64,000 nucleotides of DNA from an uncultured Nitrososphaerota archaeon (GCA_963824385.1 CAWGPD010000002.1:64001-128000); one strand, 5' to 3'. Numbered from the stretch's first letter, positions 1 through 10,748 are shown. Notes: generated from the sequence alone by a model not told the origin. Made by a program: numbers and translations.

Positions 1-640
1 TCCCAATTCCGCAGTTAAATGAGATATCATATTTTTGTTTCACAATTTCAAGAAACTTTGTTATTTCATCTTTATTCACACTTGAACTTATTATCATAAA
101 ATTATCGCCCCCCATGAAAAATGCAAGTGAATTTCTTTGTAGAAAAAATTCTGACATTTCTGAACATAATTTGATAATAAGTAATGATACTTCATATGGT
201 GACTTTTTTGCTGAGACTGAAGTAGAACCATCTACATCCATGTGTATAATCTGAACTGAATTTTCATCTGTTCCTAGAGGAAAGCCGAAAATATTATGAT
301 CCTTATTTAATATGGTATTAGTGCGTCGTGCCTTGTCAGCAATTAAACTTGCTTCAAATGGAGTTTTACCTTGTCCTATAGACATTGACAAGCTCAACTC
401 AAAGGACTTTACTAGTTGTTTTTGAATTTCTATATGATCATCAATTGAAAGACTGTTAGTTATAACAAATATTTCATCAAATCTGTTAGGAAATGCAAGA
501 CAGTTTTTTTCTGAAAACAAATTTTGTATTTCTTTGTATAATGATGCTTGTAGCATCTGAAGTCTATGTTCCCGATCACTACCTAAGGTTAGAGTCCATG
601 GTCCGTATCCAGTGATCTTAATTATTGTCAGTTGAATCAT
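1..640 (-). CDS. gch3: GTP cyclohydrolase III/IIa (runs off the left edge of the window)
   Basis: Not in the ORF track. Manual translation from ATG at 640 gives MIQLTIIKITGYGPWTLTLGSDREHRLQMLQ...RFDE, typical of archaeal GCH III. Overlaps the ribH stop. Confidence 0.85.
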   Translation of the reverse strand, partial: MIQLTIIKITGYGPWTLTLGSDREHRLQMLQASLYKEIQNLFSEKNCLAFPNRFDEIFVITNSLSIDDHIEIQKQLVKSFELSLSMSIGQGKTPFEASLIADKARRTNTILNKDHNIFGFPLGTDENSVQIIHMDVDGSTSVSAKKSPYEVSLLIIKLCSEMSEFFLQRNSLAFFMGGDNFMIISSSVNKDEITKFLEIVKQKYDISFNCGIG

Positions 641-1052
641 TTTTAATTTTCTCCAGCTCGTCAGATAATTTCTTTACAGCCTCCACAGCTCTCTCAGATA
701 CTGGTCGTATTCTTTGATGTGCCTGTCTATCGCTCATTCCAGGTCCTGTTATTCCTAATGTTACTGGTTTTTGATATTTAATTGAGAGATCTACAAGTGT
801 TTTTGCAGTAACATTTGAAATTAGTTCATCATGTTTAGTTTGCCCTTTGATTACTGCCCCCAGAGTAATCACAGCATCAACATCCTTTTTTTGCAATAAC
901 TTATCAATTATGAGAGGCATGTCAAACACACCAGGCACTTTACAGGTATACTTGACATTCATCTTCAACACTTTTGCCTTTTCTGTAGCTAGTTCCAGCA
1001 TTTTTGAAGTTACTTCACTGTTAAACTCTGCAACAACAATAGCTATATTCAA
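618..1052 (-). CDS. ribH: 6,7-dimethyl-8-ribityllumazine synthase
   Basis: IVVAEFN, VPGVFDMP and LGAVIKGQTKH motifs; in the riboflavin operon. Confidence 0.95.
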   Translation of the reverse strand: MNIAIVVAEFNSEVTSKMLELATEKAKVLKMNVKYTCKVPGVFDMPLIIDKLLQKKDVDAVITLGAVIKGQTKHDELISNVTAKTLVDLSIKYQKPVTLGITGPGMSDRQAHQRIRPVSERAVEAVKKLSDELEKIKNDSTDNN

Positions 1053-1054
1053 AA

Positions 1055-1735
1055 TTAATGCTCCCTTGAGAATTTAACAAGCTCAGTTCCATCAAAATAT
1101 GGTATTGCATTATCTGTAGAATACTGTTTGGCTTTTTCAGTAGATAGCGCATTATATGTTTGAGAATCCAACATTTCACAAATTGCTGCCACGGGTGTGA
1201 GTCCTGCAAGTTTCATTAAATAAATTGACATCTCAGTATGTCCAAGTCTATTTGATAATAACCCTTCTGAGGCAATAAGCATTGGAACATGACCAGGTGT
1301 CTTAAAGGTAGAAGTGAATGATTCTTTCTTCTTATTATTTTCAAGGTTGTATAATCTTGCCACTTCAGAAATTGTTAATGCTCTATCTTTATCAGTTATT
1401 CCAGTAAATGTATTTTTATGATTAATCGAGATTGAAAAAGAAGGTCTGTCTCCATATGGAGCAGTACCAATGATCATTTTTTTTGAATCTGAATCAAATT
1501 TTTGAGAATTAAATAGAATTTCATGCATATAGTCAAGACCTAAACTAGTTGCAAATTCATGATTTATTGACATACAGATTAGTCCTCCAGCATCATTGCG
1601 CATACGTGCTACATGCTCAGGAGTTACAAATTCTGCTGCAATTACCATATCTACTTCATTTTCACGTTTACCCCCATCATGTAGTAAAATAAAATCACCT
1701 CGTCTCAGAGATGTAATAGCTTCTTCTAAGGACAT
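1055..1735 (-). CDS. ribB: 3,4-dihydroxy-2-butanone 4-phosphate synthase
   Basis: RENEVDMV, TGITDKDRA, PGHV, GHTE and ICEM motifs. Confidence 0.95.
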   Translation of the reverse strand: MSLEEAITSLRRGDFILLHDGGKRENEVDMVIAAEFVTPEHVARMRNDAGGLICMSINHEFATSLGLDYMHEILFNSQKFDSDSKKMIIGTAPYGDRPSFSISINHKNTFTGITDKDRALTISEVARLYNLENNKKKESFTSTFKTPGHVPMLIASEGLLSNRLGHTEMSIYLMKLAGLTPVAAICEMLDSQTYNALSTEKAKQYSTDNAIPYFDGTELVKFSREH

Positions 1736-1807
1736 ACATGATCAGCTTTTCATTATTGTTATAAACTTTACTAGAAAATTGGTAATTACCAAAATAGTGG
1801 TAAGTAA

Positions 1808-2398
1808 CTAGTCATTAGATAAAATATATTTTCCAAGTATGTCAGTTTCAATATTAACTTTATCTCCAACTTTTTTGTAACTTAGATTAGTTACTTTCAT
1901 GGTATGCGGTATTATTGAAACAGAGAATTGATCTTTGAGTACATCAACAACTGTCAGACTAATACCATCAACTGTAACAGAACCTTTTTTGATAATGTAT
2001 TTTGATAATTCTTTTGGAACTTTTGTCCATATTTTTATTTGATTTGGTTGTTTGTCCATTTTAGAAATTACGCCCACACCATCAACATGTCCCAATACAA
2101 AGTGTCCCTCAAGTCGTTCACCAACTTTAAGACTTCTTTCAATATTGACTTTATTACCACTTTGTAGGGTTCCAAGATTAGTTTTTTGTATTGTTTCACC
2201 AATCATTTCAAATTCTGCAATATCTTTTGAAATATTTATCGCGGTAAGACATACACCATTTATTGCTACACTGTCTCCGATTTTGAGTCCTTTTGCAATT
2301 TTACCTAGTTTTATTTTCATTTTTGCAGCACTACGATTACTTGTTTTTTTATCAAATCGTATGATATTGCCCAAGCCTTCAATTATTCCAGTAAACAT
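1808..2398 (-). CDS. ribE: Riboflavin synthase (bacterial/alpha type); start trimmed to MFTGIIE
   Basis: MFTGII N-terminus and two lumazine-binding repeats (GDSVAINGVCLT, GSVTVDGISLT). Confidence 0.93.
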   Translation of the reverse strand: MFTGIIEGLGNIIRFDKKTSNRSAAKMKIKLGKIAKGLKIGDSVAINGVCLTAINISKDIAEFEMIGETIQKTNLGTLQSGNKVNIERSLKVGERLEGHFVLGHVDGVGVISKMDKQPNQIKIWTKVPKELSKYIIKKGSVTVDGISLTVVDVLKDQFSVSIIPHTMKVTNLSYKKVGDKVNIETDILGKYILSND

Positions 2399-2496
2399 GA
2401 TTAATGAATTCTTATTTGTATCTAGATGATTTATGTTTATCAAATAATAGTTATATCTTCAACTAGGCCATATATTCAACTTTCTTGTTATATTGA

Positions 2497-3354
2497 TTAT
2501 TTTTTTACTGAATTTGATAGAGTTATGGCTCTCTTGTAATGTACTTCATCAATCATTTTTCCGTCAACTGTTGTAGCCCCTTTTTTATTTTTTTTGGCTA
2601 AATCATATGCATTGATAACTTTTTTTGCCCATTCTATTTCTGAGTGAGTTGGATAGAATACTTTATGAACAATATCGATTTGATTTGGATGAATAATGCT
2701 TTTGCCTACATAACCCAAGTTTTTGGCTGTGATTGAATCATGTTCTAATCCTGCAGTATCATCAATGTCTTGCCAGATTGCATCAATTGCATATTTTCCC
2801 GCAGCCTTTGCATCTACTGGAATTTTTGTTTTGGAATATACAGCTCCTTCTGGATTCTTGACATACTCCACACCTAGATCATTTAACAAATCAAACACTC
2901 CAAAAACCAATGCAGAGACTCTTTTACTGGATGAAGCTATGGCATAAGAGTTTACAACTCCTTTAGTAGATTCTATTGATGCAATGATCTCAATAGGTTT
3001 TAGTTTACGTTTTTTTTCCAATCCAATCATGGTTTTTTCAATTTTTTTTATATCACTTGCAGTGTCTACTTTTGGAATAACAATACCATCAACACCTTTT
3101 TGAATAATTTCTTTTAGATCATCAGGTATTAGTCCAGATATTGGAGAATTTGTTCTTACATAGATTTCGGAATAATACTCTGACCTATTTTGTAGTGCAT
3201 TTTTAATCAAATTTCTTGCTGCTTTTTTTTCTTCAAGGGGTACAGAATCTTCTAGATCAAAACAAATAATGTCAGCACGTAGTGATTTTGCTTTTTCTAA
3301 AAAGCGGCTATTATTACCTGGAACAAATAAGAGACTACGAAGGAGTCTTGCCAT
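2497..3354 (-). CDS. CitE/HpcH-family CoA-ester lyase (citrate lyase beta / malyl-CoA lyase-like)
   Basis: RSLLFVPG, DLEDSV, IPKV, IES, IHPNQ and GKMID motifs. Confidence 0.88.
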   Translation of the reverse strand: MARLLRSLLFVPGNNSRFLEKAKSLRADIICFDLEDSVPLEEKKAARNLIKNALQNRSEYYSEIYVRTNSPISGLIPDDLKEIIQKGVDGIVIPKVDTASDIKKIEKTMIGLEKKRKLKPIEIIASIESTKGVVNSYAIASSSKRVSALVFGVFDLLNDLGVEYVKNPEGAVYSKTKIPVDAKAAGKYAIDAIWQDIDDTAGLEHDSITAKNLGYVGKSIIHPNQIDIVHKVFYPTHSEIEWAKKVINAYDLAKKNKKGATTVDGKMIDEVHYKRAITLSNSVKK

Positions 3355-3367
3355 AAATAAAAACTAT

Positions 3368-4417
3368 TTATGGTTTGAGTAGGATTTTGCCGACTAACCC
3401 TTTTCCAGTAAGCATTTTTGTATGTGCTTCTGCGGCATTTTCAAAGCTATATTCGGAATCTATTATAGCTTTAATTTTCTTTTTACCCATCCAGTATAAT
3501 CCTTGTTCTAATTCTGCTTTTGTTCCCTGTGTTGATCCTAAGATGTTTGTTCCTTTGAAGAATATGTGTCTCAAGTCTGTTTTTGCATCATATCCAGTTG
3601 TTGCTCCACATGATACCAAAGTTCCACCGTACTTTAGTAAAGTGAGTTGGTCATTCCAGTGAGTTTGACCTATATGATCAAATGATATGTCTATGCCACC
3701 TAACGGTTTTGCAATTTGTCTTACTTCTTTACTCCAATCTGGTTTTCTATGATCAACAGCAAAATCTGCTCCAAGTTCTTTTAGTTTGTCTAGTTTATCT
3801 GGACTTCCTGTAGCGATAACATTACAATTATACAGTTTTGCAATCTGGATTCCAAAGCTTCCTACACCAGAACCTCCTCCCATGATAAGGACTGTTTGGC
3901 CAGGATGAATTTTTGCTCTTCCTACTAACATGTGCCATGAAGTAAGTAATGTCATAGAAGCTGCTGCAGCTTCATCAAAGCTTACACCTTCTGGAATTTT
4001 TGCAACATTAACTTCAGGTAAGTGAGTAAATTCAGAGAATGCACCCCACAATGGTCCTGTTTGGAATCCCCAGATTGTTCTCTTTAGACAATCAAATTCT
4101 CTTCCATCAGTACATGCTTCACAAACTCTGCATGACATATTTGAATGTGAAACAACTCGGTCACCAACTTTGAAGTTTGTAACATCTTCTCCTACTGCAG
4201 TAACTTCACCTGCTGCATCAGAACCAGAAATATGTGGTAGTGGAACTGGAACTGGTTGTCCACGCATTCCCCAAATATCATTATAGTTTAAGGCGGCTGC
4301 CTTTACACGGAAAACAACTTCGTTTGGCTTTGGTTTTGGATCAGGTACTTCTTTTACACTTAGAATTGATTTGTAATCATCATTTGGAGCATATTTGTCA
4401 TAAACAACTGCTTTCAT
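3368..4417 (-). CDS. Zinc-binding medium-chain dehydrogenase/reductase
   Basis: GroES-like N-domain, structural Zn site CRVCEAC...C, GGGSGVG Rossmann motif and GKILL end. Confidence 0.88.
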   Translation of the reverse strand: MKAVVYDKYAPNDDYKSILSVKEVPDPKPKPNEVVFRVKAAALNYNDIWGMRGQPVPVPLPHISGSDAAGEVTAVGEDVTNFKVGDRVVSHSNMSCRVCEACTDGREFDCLKRTIWGFQTGPLWGAFSEFTHLPEVNVAKIPEGVSFDEAAAASMTLLTSWHMLVGRAKIHPGQTVLIMGGGSGVGSFGIQIAKLYNCNVIATGSPDKLDKLKELGADFAVDHRKPDWSKEVRQIAKPLGGIDISFDHIGQTHWNDQLTLLKYGGTLVSCGATTGYDAKTDLRHIFFKGTNILGSTQGTKAELEQGLYWMGKKKIKAIIDSEYSFENAAEAHTKMLTGKGLVGKILLKP

Positions 4418-4460
4418 ATTTGTAACCGTTCTATTTACCCCTAATATATTTTCCCTAGAA

Positions 4461-4739
4461 CTACTTGCGGTTAATCTTGAAATCTCGCTTTGGTTGTTGA
4501 ATAGACAGTAAAATTTGCTTTAATTGATCGTCTGAGATTTGTGAATTTAGTCTTCCCTGAGATGCCAATCCTAAGAGATAATTTTCAACCATTGCTGCAA
4601 GTTCCGGTTTAACCATTCTGACATTATTTAGTCTCATTCTTGCTTCAGCAGTTAGGAGAGTTTTTAGTGCATTATCCTTCATGGTAGAAACTTCTGCATC
4701 GCTTGGATTTCGTTCATCATTTGGGTTATGAGAGCTCAT
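4461..4739 (-). CDS. PDCD5/TFAR19 family DNA-binding protein
   Basis: LTAEARMRLNNVRMVKPELA motif; canonical position next to rps19e. Confidence 0.9.
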   Translation of the reverse strand: MSSHNPNDERNPSDAEVSTMKDNALKTLLTAEARMRLNNVRMVKPELAAMVENYLLGLASQGRLNSQISDDQLKQILLSIQQPKRDFKINRK

Positions 4740-4746
4740 AATACAA

Positions 4747-5199
4747 CTAGGAATATTTCTTTAGATTTGGATTTTTTGCAATTAATTCATTTAAGATCTC
4801 AGTTGATAGACGATCAAGTTTTTTCATACCCTCATGGGATATTGTTCTACCCTTTCCTTCAACTTTATCTAAATAACCTAATTTTTCTAAACTATGTATG
4901 GCTGTTCTAATTATTGAACCACCCGCATCTTTGTGATGTGCTCCTCCATAACCAACAGGTTTTGCACTTCCATACATTGATCTTAGATCATTTACTCCAA
5001 TAGGGCCGTGCAAGTAAATTTTTCTTAGAAGAGACGCACATCTTGTGTAATACCAATCGCTCTGTTGCGGAGGCTTTACTGCATGTGCACCAGTTTTAAC
5101 AAATGGAATCCAACTTGGTTGTACAATATCCTCATTTTTTAGAGTATCAGATAATTTACCAATCAACATATCTGCTGGTACATCATATGCCTTTGCCAT
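4747..5199 (-). CDS. rps19e: 30S ribosomal protein S19e
   Basis: VKTG...DWYYTRCASLLRKIY and GGSIIR motifs. Confidence 0.97.
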   Translation of the reverse strand: MAKAYDVPADMLIGKLSDTLKNEDIVQPSWIPFVKTGAHAVKPPQQSDWYYTRCASLLRKIYLHGPIGVNDLRSMYGSAKPVGYGGAHHKDAGGSIIRTAIHSLEKLGYLDKVEGKGRTISHEGMKKLDRLSTEILNELIAKNPNLKKYS

Positions 5200-5230
5200 A
5201 AAAACCAAAATTCAAAGTTCGTCTTATAAA

Positions 5231-5551
5231 TCATTGACCTATTGGAATTTGTTTTTTAATTATCTTTCTGTATGTATGATTACAAAAACCACAGGTAATA
5301 CGTATTGATTTGAGATTACTCCTTCCTATTCTCACCCTTGCTGAAAATCCGGGTACAATAAACTTCTTACATTTCTTACAAAAATGCATCCTCAACTCAT
5401 AGGGCATTCTAATCCTATATTTTGTACAAAGTCTCTTGGCAAGTGCTGCTTGTCTTTCTGCCAACTCTGGATTAGATCTTGCATAAGATATGGCATTTTT
5501 AATCAGAATTTGCATCCTTTCTATGAGAAGGTCTTTAATCGCAGGTTTCAT
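5231..5551 (-). CDS. rnp4: RNase P protein Rpp21
   Basis: ERM..L helix and FCKKC...ITCGFC zinc ribbon. Confidence 0.92.
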   Translation of the reverse strand: MKPAIKDLLIERMQILIKNAISYARSNPELAERQAALAKRLCTKYRIRMPYELRMHFCKKCKKFIVPGFSARVRIGRSNLKSIRITCGFCNHTYRKIIKKQIPIGQ

Positions 5552-5585
5552 GTTGTTTAATAATTCCTACCCTTAAAATACAATC

Positions 5586-6254
5586 TTGCTCTCGCTGATA
5601 ATAGCAGAATCTGCATTAGAATTAGTACCTAAAGAACTACAGAGGCATAATTCAGTTATAGCATCGGCTAGAAGATTTAACAAAAAACCATCTGAAATTT
5701 TACTTGATATATCATGGCATTTTGCAGCAATGAAGGGAATCAAAAATGAGATAAAAAGAGGAAGGCCAGACCTTGTTCATTTTTCTTTACTTGAAGCTTG
5801 TAGTATTCCTCTTTATTTTGAAAACAAACTAGATATTTTTGTTCATACTATTGATGATAAGGTTATTTCTGTAGGTCAAAATGTTAGATTACCAAAGTCA
5901 TATCACAGATTCATAGGACTGGTTGAAAAATTATACGCTACTGGAAGAATTGAAGAAAACAACAATACACTTCTTGAAATACAGGAAATGAATTTTGGAG
6001 ATCTAATTAAAAAAATCAATCCAAAACAAACAATTGCACTTTCAAGTAAAGGTATCATAAGCTCTTATCAAAAAGTAGCAGAGGAATTGAATGATAATAC
6101 TTGTCTTGTTGTTGGAGGATTTTCAAAAGGTCAATTTTCTGATAAAAACAAAGATTATTTTAACAAAAAAGTATTAGTAGACAAAAATCCACTTGAAGCT
6201 CATATCATAATTTCACGTGTACTCTATGAATACGAAAAAAGAATTATTATGTAG
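5586..6254 (+). CDS. nep1: rRNA small-subunit pseudouridine methyltransferase Nep1 (SPOUT)
   Basis: AESALELVP, RGRPDLVH, VRLPKSYHRF and VGGF motifs. Confidence 0.93.
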   Translation: MLSLIIAESALELVPKELQRHNSVIASARRFNKKPSEILLDISWHFAAMKGIKNEIKRGRPDLVHFSLLEACSIPLYFENKLDIFVHTIDDKVISVGQNVRLPKSYHRFIGLVEKLYATGRIEENNNTLLEIQEMNFGDLIKKINPKQTIALSSKGIISSYQKVAEELNDNTCLVVGGFSKGQFSDKNKDYFNKKVLVDKNPLEAHIIISRVLYEYEKRIIM

Positions 6255-6274
6255 GTCTAAGATTGGCACAGTGA

Positions 6275-6348
6275 GCGGTCGTAGTATAGTTTGGTTAGTA
6301 CACTGGCCTTCCAAGCCCGTTACCCGGGTTCAAATCCCGGCGACCGCA
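6275..6348 (+). tRNA. tRNA-Gly (TCC), intronless, CCA not encoded
   Basis: Acceptor stem GCGGTCG/CGACCGC, T-arm CCGGG-TTCAAAT-CCCGG, anticodon loop CTTCCAA. One mismatch in the anticodon stem (CTGGC/GCCCG). Confidence 0.93.
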
Positions 6349-6379
6349 TCTAATTTTTTTATTAAGAGATTATGACATT

Positions 6380-6586
6380 CTATGAATTATACAAGAAAGT
6401 ACGTGATAGTGATTTTTGAAAGGTCTGAATTATATCTGATGCATCTTTTTTTGTTGCATTAACTGCTTTAAACTGAACAAGTACCTGAGTAATACTATAC
6501 TTTTCTTCTTTAATTGGAGGTTCGAATAACGCAAATGTATCCGCTTCCTTGGTTTTAATAGTAAAAAACTGTCTCACATACTTCAA
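6380..6586 (-). CDS. Small hypothetical protein or gene remnant
   Basis: 68-aa ORF between the tRNA and the glycosidase-like gene; no recognisable motif. Confidence 0.3.
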   Translation of the reverse strand: MKYVRQFFTIKTKEADTFALFEPPIKEEKYSITQVLVQFKAVNATKKDASDIIQTFQKSLSRTFLYNS

Positions 6587-6613
6587 TAAATGAAAGTTTG
6601 CCTAATTCTACAA

Positions 6614-7745
6614 TTAGGAGTTAGGAATAGATTGTACTTGTTTGTTAAATTCATCCCATGCAGGTTTTGGATTTTTATCTACATCAATCAAACCAGAACC
6701 ACATAGATACGCAGCAGTATTATTCATGACTATATCATTGGCAAACATAGTATCAGTAGCTTTGTTTAATGAATTATAGCATGTATCAAATGGTCTATCA
6801 TATTGTCTATACCAAGTTAGAAACTCAAAATCAGATTGGTTTTTCTTGTAAAAATCAAATACAGTATCTACAAATTTTTGTTGGTCTTCTACTGTACCAT
6901 TAATTGATTTGTCAGTACTCCAACCAACTTCCATTAATGCTATTTTCTTTCCATTTGCATAATCAATCATCTTTTGTAGATTAGCTCCTTCATTTTCTGT
7001 GCTATTACCTTCATAGTATGTCATGTCAACTGGAGCATAAGAATATGCTACAAAGTCACCTTGGTTTAGCTTCCCTACCATATCTCCTTCATAGTGATTT
7101 GCATACATCATTTAATGAAAACCAATTTCCAAATTTGACGTCAGGGTGTTTTACTTTTAATTTACTATATACACCATTGAAGAAATCTACGTATTGTGGA
7201 ATCTCATCTGGATGTTGTCTAAAGTAACTATCAATATTTCCACCAATTATCACATAATCTACTATGTAATACCTTGAAAGCATGGCATCAAGAATGGCTA
7301 CTGTATGATCTTGGAGTTTTTGATCAAGTTGTGGTTTTCCCATCCAATCTGGAAATGGTCCAAAGTCTAGATTATTTATTACTGAAAAGTAAAGTGTAAC
7401 ATTGAGGTGTTGTTCACGATTCAACCCCATCAAGATATCGGAATAACTCCAGTTGTAATTTCCTTGTGTGGGTTCCATCAAAGGCCAAGAAAGATAGACA
7501 TTGCTTCTTCCTATTCCTGTTGATGCTGCCTGAGCATATGCATCCTTGACTTCTTGAAGAGTTGATTTTTGGGTAGGAGGTATAATTACAAGGCCAAGTT
7601 TTATGTTATGAGGAATATTTGCAGTTTGAGTTTGCGATATATTCTGAGGCATAGTTTGAGGTTGCAATTGTGGTATCAATATCAGAAAAACTGCTGCAAT
7701 AGTTACTGCATCTCCAATACCAACACCAATAATTTTCTTATTCAA
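6614..7745 (-). CDS. Membrane-anchored glycoside hydrolase-like TIM-barrel protein (one +1 frameshift near 7110)
   Basis: Removing one base joins ORFs 7089-7745 and 6614-7111. N-terminal hydrophobic anchor, WPLMEP..G.YNW, IALMEVGW nucleophile-like motif and GLID..KNPKPAW end, resembling clan GH-A. Confidence 0.65.
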
Positions 7746-7800
7746 TAATACTTTTAGAAATCTAAGATACTAAAAGAGTTTTGATTTAGATAAGAATATT

Positions 7801-10459
7801 CTAGCCGGATGTACAACCGCTGTATCCACATTCAATGCATACACTGCATCCCTCTGCAAATACCAAGTTGTTTTTACATGTAGGACAGAGTCTCTCTTCC
7901 ATTTGTTCTGGTGTAAGTGTTGGCGTTGGAGCAGATACTACATTATCTGGAATTTTTATCTGAAGTGCTCGTTCTATCTCAGTTTTTAGATATGCATTTG
8001 TGACATTCTTTGAGATATAGTCTGTAACAAATGGACTTGGAGTAACTTGGAAATTCTTTTGGACATCCTTTCCAGTCATGTGTAATACTTGTTCATGTCT
8101 TGAACCATCTCTAAAGACAGTAATTCCTTTTAGACCGAGGTCATGTGCTAATAGATATGCGGCTTTAACATCATCAGATGAAACGTCGCTTGGCATATTG
8201 ATTGTCTTTGCAATTGCATTACCTATCCATTTTTGCCATACTCCCTGAGCCATTAGATGGTCTGCCCAGTGAATGTCCATTGCTGTAACAAATATCTTCT
8301 GCATCCATTCTGGGATCTCAGCGATTCCTTTTACAGAACCGTAGTTATTTGCAATCTTCTCCAGAATTTGCTCGCTGTATAGTCCATGCTCCTTGAGTAC
8401 TGCTTCAAATATTTTATTTGTATAGAAGAATCTGCCTACTGTTACTCTCTTTTCAAAGACCAGGGCAAACATTGGTTCCATTCCATTTGAGCAATCAGTG
8501 TATCATTGATAGTGTACCAGTAGGAGCAACTGTAGTTGTTAGAACATTTCTAATGCCATGTTTCTGAATCTTGGCAATCAAAGCATCCCAATCATAAGTA
8601 CGAGCACTTTTTGGTTTCTCATAATATCCAGCAATAGGAATCTTAGCTTCTGGATATTCTGTTTTTGAGCACAGTGGAAATGATCCTCGTGTCTTTGCAA
8701 GTGCAATACTTTCTTCCATTGAATAATATGTTAATGCCTCAGCAAGTTTCTCTTGGAATTCGTATCCTTCTTGGGAATTGTATGGAATTCTTAATTTGAA
8801 TAAGAGATCAGCAACTCCCATTACTCCAAGTCCGATTCTTCGAGAATCTTTAGATGCCTTGTCAATTTCCGGAATTGGATATGTATTAACATCAATTACA
8901 TTATCAAGGAATCTTGTTGTTTTTCTTATTGTTTCTTCATATCGTTGCCAGTCAAATTCGTATTGACCATCTGCTTTTCTCTTGACATAGTTAGATAGAT
9001 TGATGGAACCAAGATTACATGATTCGTATGGATAGAGACTTTGTTCACCACATGGGTTGGTAGCTCTAATTGGTCCACCTCTTGCTTTTGCAAATACATT
9101 GTATTTGTTAATAATATCAAAGAAGATTAGTCCTGGTTCGCCACTCTTCCATGCAGAAAGTGCAATCAAGTCAATCAGATTATGTGCATTTATTTCTCTT
9201 ACAGGAGTTCTCTCTTTTGGACTTCGAAGGACAAATTTTCCATCCGCTGAATTAATTAGTGCTTCCCAAAAGTCTTCCCAAATTCCTACACTTACATTAA
9301 AGTTTTCTAAAACTCCTGGTTTTGTTTTTGCAGTGATAAATTTCTCAACGTCTGGGTGCCATGCCTCAATGATTCCCATGTTTGCACCTCTTCTTTTTCC
9401 ACCTTGTTTTACTACTTCAGTAACAGTATTGATGATACTCATAAAGGAGACAGGACCTGAAGTTACTCCAGATGTTGAGGCCACCATATCTCCTTCTTGT
9501 CTTAAATCTGAATAGTTGATACCAACTCCTCCACCTGACTTGAAGATCAATGCAGCGTCAGAAGACGATTTCATTATTCTTTCCATGTCATCTTCCATTG
9601 CTAGGACAAAACACGCAGAAAGTTGTCCTAATCTTGCACCAGCATTCATCATAGTTGGTGAATTTGGTAGAAAGTCCTGAGCAATCATTAGATCAGTATA
9701 TTCCTGAATTCTTTCAGCATATTGTTCAAACTTATTTGCAGCCAACATAGTCAACAGTTCACGGAAGCTGACTTTCATCTGGCCGTATTTTTCTAAATCA
9801 ATATAGTGATTTATCAATGATCTAAAGTGATACTTGTTTAGATAGTATTTTCCTACTTTGAATTTATAGTCAAAGTCATCAAGTTTTTCTAGATACTTTG
9901 CTGCCTCTTCAATACTATGAGTATAGCCACCTTCAATTTGAAATACAGATGGATCTCTTATGATATCCGCAATGCCTACAAGAATTGCAACTCTTTCAAA
10001 CATTTCACCTGGACTTTCAGTTATCTGACCTTTGTTATTTCTAAGTAAATATCGGGATGCTAAAACTCGTAAGCAATTAAGATCGAATTTTTTTGCTACA
10101 CTATCAAGAGCCTTTGATTCTAGAACCTTCATTTTTTCTTCTCTAAGTCGTCTTCGTTCATGTCTATACAGGATGTACGCCTTTGCAATCTCTCCTAGTC
10201 CTTCCTCAATCAGAGTAGACTCTACCATATCTTGGACATCTTCTACGCTTGGTGCTTCTGAACCAGAAAATCCACGGTTGACAAGTTTTGTAAGAACATG
10301 ATTTGCAAGCTTGTCTGCTAGTCCATGATCTGATCTTCCGCAAGCTACGAGTGCTTTGTATATCGCGCTTGAAATTTTATCTCTTTGGAAATCTGATACT
10401 CGACCATCGCGTTTCTTTACTTGAAGGATCGAATTCTCTATTTGTGAAAAATCTGTCAA
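7801..10459 (-). CDS. nrdJ: Class II (adenosylcobalamin) ribonucleotide reductase with N-terminal ATP cone (one +1 frameshift near 8497)
   Basis: VKKRDG ATP cone, FLPNSPT, SACFV, TNPCGEQ, ESCNLG, VAPTGT and a C-terminal Cys cluster. The two ORFs join across MI(x)DCSNGMEP. Confidence 0.95.
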
Positions 10460-10462
10460 CTT

Positions 10463-10498
10463 ACTCCCCGTACCCCTATCAAATGGGAGTTAAATAAA
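10463..10498 (-). promoter_or_regulatory. nrdJ promoter: TATA-like TTTATTTA plus inverted repeat ACTCCC-N16-GGGAGT
   Basis: TATA about 30 nt upstream of the TTG start; 6-bp inverted repeat between the TATA and the start. Confidence 0.4.
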
Positions 10499-10748
10499 CA
10501 CTGCGGCAAAAAATAATTTTCTAAAGCTAAACTTTGGATCAATTTTGTTGACACCATTACGATTTTCATAGTATGAGATCACTTGAAGAATTACACATAA
10601 AAATTTAATCTACGCCTGAGATCAAATTTTCAGTTTAGCCCTTGGATCACAAATAACAGTTCGAAGAATTATTCATTAAAAATTCAAATAAAAGTTTAGT
10701 TTGATTGAAAAATTTTAATCTGATTATCAGTATTTCCTAAGGTGAGAG

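Noticed and set aside
8481..8500. Split nrdJ (two-subunit NrdJa/b, intein or programmed frameshift)
   Set aside because: The break falls inside the conserved APTGT.S.I...S.G.EP motif, one extra base explains it, and there is no slippery sequence or intein signature.
10537..10648. Four GATC sites in the nrdJ upstream spacer
   Set aside because: Irregular spacing, and GATC is common throughout the window.
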